A stretch of DNA of 64,000 nucleotides from Acidimicrobiales bacterium (GCA_035546775.1 DASZWD010000030.1:207526-271525), one strand, 5' to 3'; counted from the first letter of the stretch, positions 37,944 to 47,908 are shown. The notes: generated from the sequence alone by a model not told the origin. A program made the numbers and translations.

Positions 37944-38648
37944 TTACCCGGAGATTGTCGCAACGACGCGACCGGCGTCGGGGAACGCCCCTTCGACGAA
38001 CCACGTCGACCCGCTTCCGGCGAGGACGGGGACCGCTCCGGTCGCGGCACCGAGTTGGTCGCGATAGGCGCCGAGTTCGGGACACACCGCCAGCGCCGCG
38101 GGCTCGAGGTCGTTCGGGCCGGCCGCCCGCGGCCCGCCGAGTTCGTCCCACTTCTTGTACACAGCCGGCGTCGACACGTGCAGCGGCGGCGTCAGCAGCG
38201 TGAACGTGCGCGCCTCGAAGGGCAACGGCTCCAGCACGTCGCCGATGCCGGTGACGCGGGCGCGCCCACCGCGCACGCAGAACGGCACGTCGCCGCCGAG
38301 CGACGCAGCCAGCGCGACGTCGTCGGTGACGCCCGCCCAGCGCAATACCGCCGCCGCGTCCGACGATCCGCCACCGAGTCCCGCACCCGCTGGGATCTCC
38401 TTGTGCAGGGTGACGTGCGCCGTGCGCCCGACGGCGCGCAGCGCGCGGGTCACGAGGTTGTCGCCGCCTTCGGGAATCGCCAGACCGGTGACGGTGAGGC
38501 CGTCGCCCTCGGCGAACTCGAGCGTGTCGCACAGGTCGACGCTGACCATCTCGGCGTCGATGAGGTGATAGCCGTCGGCCCGCACACCGGTGACGCGCAA
38601 CGACAGCGTCAGCTTGGCGGGAGCGCGCACGCCGCCAGTCTTCTCCAC
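37944..38648 (-). CDS. ispE: 4-diphosphocytidyl-2-C-methyl-D-erythritol kinase
   Basis: APAKLTLSLRV, GHMP loop PAGAGLGGGSSDAAA. Start at GTG 38648 (or 38630), overlapping the ksgA 3' end. Confidence 0.88.
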   Translation of the reverse strand: MEKTGGVRAPAKLTLSLRVTGVRADGYHLIDAEMVSVDLCDTLEFAEGDGLTVTGLAIPEGGDNLVTRALRAVGRTAHVTLHKEIPAGAGLGGGSSDAAAVLRWAGVTDDVALAASLGGDVPFCVRGGRARVTGIGDVLEPLPFEARTFTLLTPPLHVSTPAVYKKWDELGGPRAAGPNDLEPAALAVCPELGAYRDQLGAATGAVPVLAGSGSTWFVEGAFPDAGRVVATISG

Positions 38649-39421
38649 GCGTCGAGGTCGAGCCGCTCGGCGCGTTCCATCGGGTCGATGCCGGCGCGGG
38701 CGAAGCACTCGTCGTCGACGCGGCCGGCGAGCGTGTTGCGCAGCATCTTGCGCCGCGTGGCGAAGCCCGCCTCGACCAACTCGAATACGCGGGCGCGCTC
38801 GTCGTCCGAACCCACGTCGGCGTGGCGCTCGAACAACACGAGCGCGGAGTCGACGTTGGGCTTGGGCACGAACACCGTCGCCGGCACCTTGCCCACCACG
38901 GTCGCGGTGGCGCTCCACGCCACCTTTACCGTCACCGCGCCGTAGGCCTTCGACCCGGGCCGCGCCGCGAACCGCTCGCCCACCTCGCGCTGCACCATCA
39001 CGAGCATGCGCTGCACCATCGGCGCCTCGGCGAGCACGCGCAACACCAGCGGCGTCGCCACGTTGTAGGGCAGGTTGGCCACCAGCACCCACGGCTCGTC
39101 GCCGAGCAGTTCGGACCAGTCGACTTCGAGCGCGTCGGCGTGCACGACGCGCGCCGTCGGCAGCATCTGTTCCAGGATCGGGATGAGGTAGCGGTCGAGC
39201 TCGACGACGGTGAGCGACGCGCCGGTCTCGAGCAGCGCCAGCGACAGCGACCCGAGGCCGGGACCGATCTCGACGACGCGATCACCGGCGCCGACCTCGG
39301 CGAGCCGGGCGATGCGGCGCACGGTGTTGGCGTCGCCGACGAAGTTCTGGCCGAGGGCGCGGCTCGGGGTCAGGCCGTGAAGTTGGAGAAGGGCGCGAAT
39401 TTCCGGGTGACTGTGCGTCAC
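38609..39421 (-). CDS. rsmA: 16S rRNA (adenine1518/1519-N6)-dimethyltransferase
   Basis: 270 aa from GTG 39421 (GTGA overlap). LGQNFV, VVEIGPGLGSLS, ANLPYNVATP. Confidence 0.95.
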   Translation of the reverse strand: MTHSHPEIRALLQLHGLTPSRALGQNFVGDANTVRRIARLAEVGAGDRVVEIGPGLGSLSLALLETGASLTVVELDRYLIPILEQMLPTARVVHADALEVDWSELLGDEPWVLVANLPYNVATPLVLRVLAEAPMVQRMLVMVQREVGERFAARPGSKAYGAVTVKVAWSATATVVGKVPATVFVPKPNVDSALVLFERHADVGSDDERARVFELVEAGFATRRKMLRNTLAGRVDDECFARAGIDPMERAERLDLDAWRRLAACALPPS

Positions 39422-40047
39422 CAAGAAAGGTGAACCGAGATGACGCCCGACGACGGGTTCGCCAACTGGCTGAATGCGTACTTCGACAGGTCGAGGATGC
39501 GATCCTGACCGGCGTAGGGGCCGCGGTCGCCGACCTCGCACGTGATCGACTTGCCCGTCGCCACGTTGGTGACCGTGACTACCGTGCCCATCGGCAGCGT
39601 CCGGTGGGCGCAGATCCACGGGTTCTGCGCGTGGTAGCTGGCCTCGTAGTAGCTGGCCTTGCCGTCCTGATGGCTGGTGTTCGGACCGGCCGCCGGCATC
39701 GGCCGCACGGGGCCCGACGACGATGTGCTCGCCGTAGCCGAAGACGACGACGACGACGCCGGCTTCGGCTTCGCCGCCGGTGCGGGCTTGGGCTTGGCCG
39801 TGGTCGGCGTGGTCTTGCGCACGATCACGCGGGGCTTGACGGTGGTGGGGGGCGGAGGCGGCTCCGTCGTCGACGTGGTCGTCGCCGGCGCCAGGTAGAC
39901 GCGTTTTTCGCCGCGCGACGCCCGGGCCGCGGCGAGCCGCGTCGAGAAGTCGACACGCGCCGAACTCGTGAGCTCGACCGGTCCCTCTGGTGTCTTGCTG
40001 TTACGCAAGGCCGCCAGGCTGACCACAACCAGAGCGGCGCAGACCAC
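39418..40047 (-). CDS. RlpA-like double-psi beta-barrel (DPBB) cell-wall protein with Pro/Thr/Ser/Lys-rich linker
   Basis: C-terminal GKASYYE..CAHRTLPMGTVVTVTN..GKSITCEVGDRGPY is RlpA/expansin-like DPBB. N-terminal TM helix. The true start is possibly upstream at CTG 40089. Confidence 0.8.
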   Translation of the reverse strand: MVCAALVVVSLAALRNSKTPEGPVELTSSARVDFSTRLAAARASRGEKRVYLAPATTTSTTEPPPPPTTVKPRVIVRKTTPTTAKPKPAPAAKPKPASSSSSSATASTSSSGPVRPMPAAGPNTSHQDGKASYYEASYHAQNPWICAHRTLPMGTVVTVTNVATGKSITCEVGDRGPYAGQDRILDLSKYAFSQLANPSSGVISVHLSW

Positions 40048-40182
40048 TCCGGCGATGACCTTCCCAGCCGCCCGTCGGTGCTCGTGCAGGTCTCCGTCCT
40101 TCCCTGTAGAGAGCGCCCCGTAGCGGTACGGGCGGAGACCCTAAGCGCGCGCTTTCGCGAACGGCAAATAGTTGCCGCATGG

Positions 40183-40950
40183 TTATGCAGACGTGTGCAA
40201 GATCCGCGGGAGTTTGAATGCCACCGATGTGTTTTCCCACGTGACCGCCGCAATTTCTTCGGCGTCCAGTCCCCGCAGCACTCCGACGGCGGCACCGACG
40301 AGGGGCACGAAGGCGGGTTCGTTCTGTTTGCCCCTATGCGGCACCGGCGCAAGAAATGGGGCATCGGTCTCCACCAAAATCCGGTCAAGGGGGACGACCT
40401 GCACCGCCGCACGGACGTCGTCAGCTTTCTTGAACGTCACGATTCCCGAGATCGAGATGAATGCGCCGCGCTCGATGCATGCCTTGGCTTCTTCGGGCCC
40501 GCCGGTGAAGCAGTGGATGATCGTGCGCTCCGGCAGACCCTCGGCGTCGAGAATGTCGAGGGTCTCGGGCCACGCACCGCGTGTGTGAATCACGAGGGCG
40601 AGGTCGAGCTCTTTGGCCCACGCGATCTGGCGGGCGAAGACCGCCTTCTGCACCTCCGCCGGCGAGTGGTTGTAATAGAAGTCGAGCCCGCACTCGCCAA
40701 TCGCCACGACCCGCGGGTGGTCCTTCGGGTCGGGCAGGCCCTCGAGCCCCTCGGACGCGTCGTGCGGATGCAGGCCCACCGTGGCCCACACATCGAGGTT
40801 GGCTTCGGCCGCCGCGATCGCGGTGCGGGAGGTGTCGGCGCCCGTACCGATGGTGATGAAGCGCGCCACACCCGCAGCGCGGGCCGCGTCGAACGCCGAC
40901 GTGTCGCTCCCCTCCCACGGCACGTGGCAGTGGCTGTCGGCCCAGGGCAT
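40183..40950 (-). CDS. tatD: TatD family metal-dependent hydrolase
   Basis: 255 aa from ATG 40950, 2 nt after the metG stop. DSHCH, IGECGLDFYY, IHCFTG, ETDAPFLAP. Confidence 0.93.
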   Translation of the reverse strand: MPWADSHCHVPWEGSDTSAFDAARAAGVARFITIGTGADTSRTAIAAAEANLDVWATVGLHPHDASEGLEGLPDPKDHPRVVAIGECGLDFYYNHSPAEVQKAVFARQIAWAKELDLALVIHTRGAWPETLDILDAEGLPERTIIHCFTGGPEEAKACIERGAFISISGIVTFKKADDVRAAVQVVPLDRILVETDAPFLAPVPHRGKQNEPAFVPLVGAAVGVLRGLDAEEIAAVTWENTSVAFKLPRILHTSA

Positions 40951-40952
40951 CG

Positions 40953-42473
40953 CTACTTGGTCTGGAGACGGGGGAACAACGGATTGCCCTTCACGACGGG
41001 GAGGCCACCGGGGTAGCCGCCCCAGGCCAAGCCGTCGGGCACGCGGACGTCTGCGGGCGCGCCCGGGAGCCCGATGCGCCGCCACAGTTCCGCGGCGGCG
41101 TTCGGGATCGCGGGGCTCGCCAGCACGCACACGATGCGCAGCACCTCGAGCGCGTTGCCCATGACGCGGTCGACCTGCTCGCCGGGCTCGAGCTTCCACG
41201 GCTCGTGCTCTTCGAGATACGCATTCGTGTCGCGGATGAGTTCCCACGTTGCCTCGAGCGCTTCGTGCGGCGCGAACGCGTCCCACGCCTCGCACGCCGC
41301 TTCGACGAGGGCGCGCGCCTTGAACGTCAGCTCGCCAGCGTCCTCGGCGGGCGCGGGCCCGACGCCGCCGCACTTGCTGTTGACGACGGCGGCAACGCGG
41401 GCGCCGAGGTTGCCGAAGTTGTTGGCGAGGTCGGTGTTGTAGCGCTCGACCATGCCCTCGTACGAGAAGTCGCCGTCGTTGCCGAAGTTGACGTCGCGCA
41501 GGAATTGGTAGCGGTAGCCGTCGACGCCGAAGTCGGGCAGCAGGTCGGCGGGCGCGATCTGGTTGAGCTTGGTCTTGCTCATCTTCTCGCCGCCGACGAG
41601 CAGCCAGCCGTGCACCTGAATGTGCTGCGGCGGGTCGATGCCCGCGGCCATGAGCATCGCCGGCCACCACACGCAGTGGAAGCGCAGGATCTCCTTGCCG
41701 ATGACGTGGTTCACGACGGGCCAGTACTTGTCGAACTGCGCCTGGTCGGTGCCGTAGCCGATGGCGGTGCAGTAGTTGATCAGCGCGTCGTACCAGACGT
41801 AGAAGACGTGCTTGTCGTCCCACGGCACGGGCACGCCCCAGTCGATCGACGTGCGCGTGATCGAGATGTCTTGCAGGCCCTGCTTGATGAAGCCGAGTGC
41901 CTCGTTGCGCTTGTTCTGCGGCGTGACGAAGCCTGGGTGCTGCTCGTAGTACTCGAGCAACTTGTCCTCGAAGCGCGACAGCCGGAAGAAGTAGTTCTCC
42001 TCCGACAGCACGGTGAGGACGGTGTCGTGCACCGGGCACTTGCCGTCGGGCGCCTGCGCGTCGGTGTAGTAGTCCTCGCAGGCGACGCAGTACAGGCCCT
42101 CGTAGCGGTCGAGTTCGATGTGGCCGTTGTCGCGGATCTTCGACAGCAGCGCCTGCACGGCCGTGTAATGGCGGGGCTCACTGGTACGGATGAAGTCGTC
42201 GTAACGGATGTCGAGCTGCGTCCAGGCGTCCTTGTACCGCTCGGCGTTCAGCGTGGCGAGCTCAAGCGGCGTCTTGCCCTGCTTCTCGGCCGCCTGCTGG
42301 ACCTTCTGGCCGTGCTCGTCGGTACCGGTGAGGAAGAAGGTGTCGTCGCCGAGGAGCCGGTGCCAACGCGCGATGGCGTCGCAGTTGACCGTGGTGTAGG
42401 CGTGACCGATGTGGGGCGCGTCGTTGACGTAGTAGATCGGCGTCGTGATGTAAAAGCGCCCGGGTTCAGTCAT
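40953..42473 (-). CDS. metG: methionine--tRNA ligase
   Basis: 506 aa. HIGH-type PHIGHAYT, KMSKS-type EKMSKTK. Confidence 0.97.
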   Translation of the reverse strand: MTEPGRFYITTPIYYVNDAPHIGHAYTTVNCDAIARWHRLLGDDTFFLTGTDEHGQKVQQAAEKQGKTPLELATLNAERYKDAWTQLDIRYDDFIRTSEPRHYTAVQALLSKIRDNGHIELDRYEGLYCVACEDYYTDAQAPDGKCPVHDTVLTVLSEENYFFRLSRFEDKLLEYYEQHPGFVTPQNKRNEALGFIKQGLQDISITRTSIDWGVPVPWDDKHVFYVWYDALINYCTAIGYGTDQAQFDKYWPVVNHVIGKEILRFHCVWWPAMLMAAGIDPPQHIQVHGWLLVGGEKMSKTKLNQIAPADLLPDFGVDGYRYQFLRDVNFGNDGDFSYEGMVERYNTDLANNFGNLGARVAAVVNSKCGGVGPAPAEDAGELTFKARALVEAACEAWDAFAPHEALEATWELIRDTNAYLEEHEPWKLEPGEQVDRVMGNALEVLRIVCVLASPAIPNAAAELWRRIGLPGAPADVRVPDGLAWGGYPGGLPVVKGNPLFPRLQTK

Positions 42474-42485
42474 GGTGCGACGAGG

Positions 42486-43316
42486 CTACCGGCGCACTGC
42501 GAGCTTGTAGACACGGTTTCGCGGCGCGCCCAGCAGTTGTGAGACTTCGTCGGCCGCGCCGCGGGCGGTGGCACCTGCGGCGAGCGCCTCGTCGAGGGCG
42601 GCCACGATTTCGTCGTCCGTAATCTCGGTCGTGGCCGCGACCGCGCCTTCGAGCACGAGCACGAATTCGCCGCGCGGCTTCTCCGCGAAGCGCAGGGCGG
42701 CGGCGGCGAGCGTGCCGCGGAAGTACTCCTCGTGCAGCTTGGTCAGCTCGCGGCCCACGACGACGGCACGCTCCATGCCGCACACCTCGGTGAGGTCGTT
42801 GAGCGTCTTGGCGACCCGCGTCGGCGCTTCGTACAACACGACCGTGCGTGTCTCGCGGGCGATGGCGTCGAGGCGGGCCCGGCGATCCGTTCCGGTGCGG
42901 GGCAGGAAGCCTTCGAACACGAAGCGGTCGCCGGTGAAGCCGCTCGCCGCGAGTGCGGTGGTGACCGCGGAGGGGCCCGGGATCGACTCGACGGTAACGC
43001 CGGCGGCCGCCGCGGCCTCGACGACGTGACGGCCCGGGTCCGATACCGCCGGCGTGCCGGCGTCGGTCACGACAGCGACCGTCTTGCCGTCGGCGAGCAG
43101 TTCGAGGATCTCGCGCGAACGGGCGACTTCGTTGTCCTTGTGCACCGCAATGAGCGTCGGCGTGCGCAGCCCCATGGCAGTGAACAACTTGCGCGAGTGG
43201 CGCGTGTCCTCGCAGGCGACGACGTCGGCGGCGGCGAGCGTGGCCGCGGCGCGCGGCGACAGATCGCCGAGATTGCCGATGGGCGTCGCCACGACGACGA
43301 GGCGTCCCGGCGTCAT
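42486..43316 (-). CDS. rsmI: 16S rRNA (cytidine1402-2'-O)-methyltransferase
   Basis: 276 aa. ATPIGNLGDLSPRA, CEDTRHSRKL, TDAGTPAVSDPG. Confidence 0.93.
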   Translation of the reverse strand: MTPGRLVVVATPIGNLGDLSPRAAATLAAADVVACEDTRHSRKLFTAMGLRTPTLIAVHKDNEVARSREILELLADGKTVAVVTDAGTPAVSDPGRHVVEAAAAAGVTVESIPGPSAVTTALAASGFTGDRFVFEGFLPRTGTDRRARLDAIARETRTVVLYEAPTRVAKTLNDLTEVCGMERAVVVGRELTKLHEEYFRGTLAAAALRFAEKPRGEFVLVLEGAVAATTEITDDEIVAALDEALAAGATARGAADEVSQLLGAPRNRVYKLAVRR

Positions 43317-43642
43317 TCCTTCACCTCAAGTTGGTCACCGGGTCGCAGGCCCCAGCGCTCGAAGGCGCCGGCTTCGGCCTCGATGACGCAGCGCGCCTTC
43401 GGCCGCGGCAGGCCGACGCGATTCGGCTTCATGGTGATGGCGTCCACGACGGTGAGTTGCTTGTCGCAGAACGCGACGTCGATCGGAAAGCGCATACCGA
43501 TGGTGTGGACCGACGATGCCGGCTTGATGAGGTACGCCCCTTCGATCCCGTCGCGGCCGAGCAGCCCTTTCAATCGCGTGGCGAACGAGTCGGCGACGTC
43601 GAGCGACGCCAGCACTTCCTCACCGCGGATCAACCACGCCAC
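43313..43642 (-). CDS. DUF192 domain protein
   Basis: 109 aa. RLKGLLGR, HTIGMRFPIDV, EAEAGAF pattern. ATGA overlap with rsmI. Confidence 0.75.
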   Translation of the reverse strand: MAWLIRGEEVLASLDVADSFATRLKGLLGRDGIEGAYLIKPASSVHTIGMRFPIDVAFCDKQLTVVDAITMKPNRVGLPRPKARCVIEAEAGAFERWGLRPGDQLEVKE

Positions 43643-43678
43643 GGCACCATTCTTCCCGCAGTCCGCATACCGATTCGC

Positions 43679-44755
43679 TCAGACGTTGAAGCGGATTTCG
43701 AGCACGTCGCCGTCTTGGACTTCGTACTCCTTGCCTTCGACGCGCAGCTTGCCCGCCTCTTTGGCCTTGGCCCAGGAGCCGAGCTCGAGCAGCTCGTCCC
43801 ACCGGATGCACTCGGCGCGGATGAAGCCGCGCTGGAGGTCTGAGTGGATGACGCCGGCGCACTCGGGCGCCTTGGCGCCGGCGCGGAACGTCCAGGCGCG
43901 GCTTTCCTGCTCGCCCGTCGTGAGGAACGTGCGCCGGCCGAGCAGGTGGTAGGCGGCACGCGTGACGCGGGGCAGCGCCCCCTCGCCCAAGCCGAAGCCC
44001 TCCATCAGTTCGGCCTTGCCGGCGGGGTCGAGTTGGGCCGCTTCGGCTTCGAGCTGCACGCACACCGCGAGAACCTCTCCGCCGCCGCCGAAGGCCGCGA
44101 CCACGGGCTGGATGATCTCGTCGGCGCGGTCGAGTTGGTCGTCGCCGATGTTGACCACCGCGAACACGCGCTTGGCCGTGAGCAGCCCGAAGGTCGTGAG
44201 CGCCGCGAGGTGATCCGCCGACACGTTCGAGCGCCAGAGCGGCGTGCCCTCTTGCAGGATCTTGTCGACGACCTCGAGCGCCTCGACCTCCGCCAGGATC
44301 GACTTGTCGCCCTTTGCCGCCCGGCGCCGCTTGTCGAGGTTGTTCGACACCGTCGTGGCGTCGGCGAGCACGAGTTCGAGTTCGAGCGTTTCGAGGTCGG
44401 CGACGGGGTCGGTGTCGCCCACCACGTTCTCGTCCTCGAAGGCGCGCAGCACCAGACAGATGGCGTCGACCTCGCGGATCCCGGCGAGGAAGCGGTTGCC
44501 GAGGCCTTCACCGGCCGACGCGCCGGCGACGAGGCCGGCCTGGTCGGCGAACTCGATGGTGGCGGCGACGACCTTGCGGCTGTGGCTCATCTCGGCGAGC
44601 TTGAGCAGCCGTTCGTCGTAGACCTGGGCGATACCGACCGACGTCTCGGTGGTCGAGAACGGGTGCGACGCCACCGCGGCGTTACCGCCGGTGAGCGCGT
44701 TGAACAGCGACGACTTGCCGCTATTAGGGAGTCCGACGATGCCGATGCGTTCCAC
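43679..44755 (-). CDS. ychF: redox-regulated ATPase YchF
   Basis: 358 aa. GIVGLPNSGKSSLFNA, and the C-terminal TGS region GFIRAE..DGDVLEIRFNV. Confidence 0.96.
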   Translation of the reverse strand: MERIGIVGLPNSGKSSLFNALTGGNAAVASHPFSTTETSVGIAQVYDERLLKLAEMSHSRKVVAATIEFADQAGLVAGASAGEGLGNRFLAGIREVDAICLVLRAFEDENVVGDTDPVADLETLELELVLADATTVSNNLDKRRRAAKGDKSILAEVEALEVVDKILQEGTPLWRSNVSADHLAALTTFGLLTAKRVFAVVNIGDDQLDRADEIIQPVVAAFGGGGEVLAVCVQLEAEAAQLDPAGKAELMEGFGLGEGALPRVTRAAYHLLGRRTFLTTGEQESRAWTFRAGAKAPECAGVIHSDLQRGFIRAECIRWDELLELGSWAKAKEAGKLRVEGKEYEVQDGDVLEIRFNV

Positions 44756-44798
44756 GGGGTCCGTAGGCTAGGGGCGTGGCCGAGGCGGCCATCAATCG

Positions 44799-45821
44799 CT
44801 ACGCGATCGCCTTCCTAATCGACTCCGTCGACCCCTGGTAGGCGTGGTACCAGATGTAAGGCGTGAACCCCATCTCGTCGTTGATCGCCAGCATCCACTG
44901 GTTGGAGCCGGCGTTCCACGTGTCGACGAACTCCGCCTTGGGATTGAGCTCGCGCAAGTTCCGGTAGTTCACCGCCTTGATCCAGCGGCCGATCGCGTGA
45001 CCGCGGTGCTCACGCGTCACCGCGGTCCCCCACTGCCACGCCATCTGCGGCAACAGCGGATGCCACGAAATCGTCGTGAACCCTGCCAACTCTCCTGTCG
45101 GGTCGTGCCGGGCGACGAGCTGGATCCGCCGGCTTCCGCGCGCGAACAACCGCGCCTCACGGTCGCGGAAGTGTTCGCGTGTGTCGTGCTCGTCTTCGAG
45201 GTCCAGCCCCTCGCGGGGCGCGTCGTTCATCGCCTCGTGCACCTTCATCACTGCATCGAGGTACTCGTCGGGTACGGGGCCGTCGAAGAACACGAGCGAG
45301 TAGTCCGCAGCCTTCGACTTCGCGTCGGCGATCCAGCCGTCTAGGCGCGCCTCGTCGACGGCGGCGACACGCAGCCGGCTGCGGCGATCGAGAAACGCAT
45401 GCGTCGTGCCCACTGCGGCGAGAAACTTCTCGCCGACGCTTCCCTGCGGCGCTCCTGCGGTCAAGGTGGTGCGCCCGTCGTTCGCCGCAGCGTCGAGGAC
45501 GGGCGCGAGGAGCGCCCGGCCTAGGCCCCGCCGCCGCTGCGACGCGGCGACTTCGATGTCGAAGTTCGCGCGGTGCGCGTTGTTGCCGCTGCGGTCGAGC
45601 GAGAGGAATGCGCCGCCGACGATGACGCCTCCGGTGTCACGCGCGAGCCAGCGCTTCTCCTCGGCGAAGGATGACGTCTGGAGTACCTCGCGGCGCCACA
45701 ACTCGAAGGGCTCGGGTGGCGTCTCGGGATCGAGTTCCAGGGCGAGCGGCTCGCCGAAGGCGTGGACTTCGCGCAGTTCGTCGTCGGACGCCGTTTGCGG
45801 ATCCCACCTTTCGATGTTCAC
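44799..45821 (-). CDS. double-domain GNAT N-acetyltransferase, paralogue A
   Basis: 340 aa. Acetyl-CoA loops QRRRGLGRALL and EHRGHAIGRWIK. GTGA overlap with paralogue B. Confidence 0.85.
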   Translation of the reverse strand: MNIERWDPQTASDDELREVHAFGEPLALELDPETPPEPFELWRREVLQTSSFAEEKRWLARDTGGVIVGGAFLSLDRSGNNAHRANFDIEVAASQRRRGLGRALLAPVLDAAANDGRTTLTAGAPQGSVGEKFLAAVGTTHAFLDRRSRLRVAAVDEARLDGWIADAKSKAADYSLVFFDGPVPDEYLDAVMKVHEAMNDAPREGLDLEDEHDTREHFRDREARLFARGSRRIQLVARHDPTGELAGFTTISWHPLLPQMAWQWGTAVTREHRGHAIGRWIKAVNYRNLRELNPKAEFVDTWNAGSNQWMLAINDEMGFTPYIWYHAYQGSTESIRKAIA

Positions 45822-46819
45822 GTGAGCTCCTTCACGTCGAGGGTCCAGCGGACGCCGGCGATGTAGGGGACGAAGCCCATAGCGCGGTTGACCGCCAACA
45901 TCGGCCCATTGGAGTCGGCGTTGAACGTGCGGATGTACTCGGCGTCGGGCAACTCGGCGCGGACGCGCAGGAACATCGCGCCCTTGAGTTGCCTACCGAG
46001 CGCGTGACCTCGGTGCTTGGCGTCGACGGCGGTAGCGCCTTGGAAGACGTGCACCGGATCGCGCGCACTCATGAAGACCTCCGTATACCCAACCGCTTCG
46101 CCGGAGGCCACGTGGCGCGCGATCACGGTCCAGCGGTCGTTGCCGTACGCGACGCCGCGTTCGTTGTCGGCGCGCAATTCGTCGAACGAGATCGTGCGCG
46201 GCTCGGATGGCAGGTCACCCATCGGGGCATCGTTGACGAGCACGCCGCGCAGATGCGCCATGTCCGCCAACCAGTCCTCGGGATAAGGGCCGTCGGGCAC
46301 CCACTCGAGCCCGTAGTCCGGATGTGACGCGGCGACCCAGCGCTGCATCTCGGCGACATCGACGTCGGCGATGGTGAGGCGGTTGACGTGGCCGGTGAAC
46401 GCCAGCTTGGCGCCCAGCGACGCCGCGAACGCCTCGGCCGCCGGGTTGAGGTGATCGCAGCCGAGGATGAGCGTCGTGCGGTCGTTGCGCTGCGCCAAGT
46501 CGACGACGGCGCGCAGGAGGGCGCGGCCGACGCCGCGTCGGCGGGCGTCGGCCCGCACGCCGATAAGGCTGAACACGACGTTGGTGTCGTGCGCTCGCGG
46601 GACGTCGCACCACGCCGAACCGATGACGGCGCCGGTCGCGTCGCGGGCCACGAACACGTGCCATGGGTCCGCGCGCAGGTCGCGGTGGGCCCGCGTGACG
46701 CCGGCCGGTCGCGCCGGGATTTCCGGATCGAGGTCCGCGCTGAGTGCGTTCTCGAAGGCGTTGAGATCGGCGACCTGTTCGTCACTCCACTCCACCGGCA
46801 ACAACTCGACGACGGACAC
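45818..46819 (-). CDS. double-domain GNAT N-acetyltransferase, paralogue B
   Basis: 333 aa from GTG 46819, just after the paralogue C stop. ARRRGVGRALL and KHRGHALGRQLK. Confidence 0.85.
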   Translation of the reverse strand: MSVVELLPVEWSDEQVADLNAFENALSADLDPEIPARPAGVTRAHRDLRADPWHVFVARDATGAVIGSAWCDVPRAHDTNVVFSLIGVRADARRRGVGRALLRAVVDLAQRNDRTTLILGCDHLNPAAEAFAASLGAKLAFTGHVNRLTIADVDVAEMQRWVAASHPDYGLEWVPDGPYPEDWLADMAHLRGVLVNDAPMGDLPSEPRTISFDELRADNERGVAYGNDRWTVIARHVASGEAVGYTEVFMSARDPVHVFQGATAVDAKHRGHALGRQLKGAMFLRVRAELPDAEYIRTFNADSNGPMLAVNRAMGFVPYIAGVRWTLDVKELT

Positions 46820-46820
46820 C

Positions 46821-47888
46821 TCAAGCAAGGAGGGCCGCCAACTTCTCGAGCGCCACATGGGCGCGCACCTGGTGCTCGCCGAACTCGCTCACGGTCTTGA
46901 AGCCCATGGCGTAGTTGATGCCGAGCATGGCGTCGTTGGAGCCGGCGTTCCACGTCGAGATGTTGTCGAGCTCCGGACGCTCGTCCATGAGGTTGAGCAA
47001 CATCTGCGCCTTGAGCCAGCGCCCGAGGCCCTTCTCGCGGTGCGCCGGGTTCACGCCGGTGTCGTTCTGGTACGCCTTGGTCGGCCAGCGTGTCGGCAGC
47101 CACACGTCGGTATGGGCGACGAACTCGCCGGTCGGCACGTAGCGGGCGACGAGCGTGCGCTGCTCGATCTTGCGGTGGGCCTGCATCTTCTCGCGGTCGC
47201 GTTGACGCTCGACGGTGAAGACTTCGTCTTCGAGCTCGAGGTTCTCCGTCGGTGCCGTGTTCATGACGTTCTGTTCCTCCACGAACGCCTGCACGAACTC
47301 GTCCGGGCACGGTCCGTCCCAGCGCACCAACTCGTAGTCAGCGGCTCGTTCTTTGGCGCGTGCGACCCAACCTTCGAGCAGCGCGCGATCGACGTCGGCG
47401 AACTTGAGCATGCTGAAGCGACCGGTGAGCTTGTGCTCGGCGCCGATCGCTTTCAGGAACTCCCAACTCGCCGGGACGTGGCTGCACGCGTCGAGTCCGA
47501 CGAGGGGTCGGCCGTTGTCCTGCGCGAACTCGATCGCCACCTGCGCCAGCGACGCGCCGAGCTTCTGGCGGCGGTACTCGGGAATCACGTCGAGCTCGAC
47601 CCACGACATCTCGGCGTTGTCGCCGTAGTCCTCCCAGTGCACGGAGGTGACACCCGCCAGCTCGGTCCGGTTGTCGTCCCACACGCCCCAGTAGTGCTTG
47701 GGGGAACCGGCGGTGATGTTCTGCACCTCGTGCCACAACTCGTCGTCGGGGACGGGGCCGTCGGCGGGGATCTGCTCGTTGTGCGAGTGCTGGGCGACGC
47801 GCAGGTAGGCCGCTTTGGTTACGTCGTCGGCGTTGTCGAGGTCGAGCGGCTCGACCTTCCAGTGCGGTGCCATCCCGACAGCTTGCAA
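46821..47888 (-). CDS. double-domain GNAT N-acetyltransferase, paralogue C
   Basis: 355 aa (or 350 from ATG 47873). YRRQKLGASLA and AHREKGLGRWLK. Collinear with A and B. Confidence 0.85.
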   Translation of the reverse strand: MQAVGMAPHWKVEPLDLDNADDVTKAAYLRVAQHSHNEQIPADGPVPDDELWHEVQNITAGSPKHYWGVWDDNRTELAGVTSVHWEDYGDNAEMSWVELDVIPEYRRQKLGASLAQVAIEFAQDNGRPLVGLDACSHVPASWEFLKAIGAEHKLTGRFSMLKFADVDRALLEGWVARAKERAADYELVRWDGPCPDEFVQAFVEEQNVMNTAPTENLELEDEVFTVERQRDREKMQAHRKIEQRTLVARYVPTGEFVAHTDVWLPTRWPTKAYQNDTGVNPAHREKGLGRWLKAQMLLNLMDERPELDNISTWNAGSNDAMLGINYAMGFKTVSEFGEHQVRAHVALEKLAALLA

Positions 47889-47908
47889 CCGCCGGTCGTG
47901 CCCGTCAT

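Noticed and set aside
40048-40182. Possible c-di-AMP (ydaO) riboswitch in the 135-nt leader of the RlpA-like gene, by analogy with rpf leaders
   Set aside because: I could not find the conserved ydaO blocks (ACGGGGxGAAUC, CCCGAAxCCGxCAGCUAACCUCGUA). Only generic GC hairpins follow the tatD stop. Infernal/Rfam would be decisive.
40951-42039. N-terminal about 360 aa of the 618-aa minus-strand ORF 40183-42039
   Set aside because: Only the last 255 aa (from ATG 40950) match TatD. The upstream part is an alternative frame of metG, which has clear HIGH/KMSKS motifs in its own frame.
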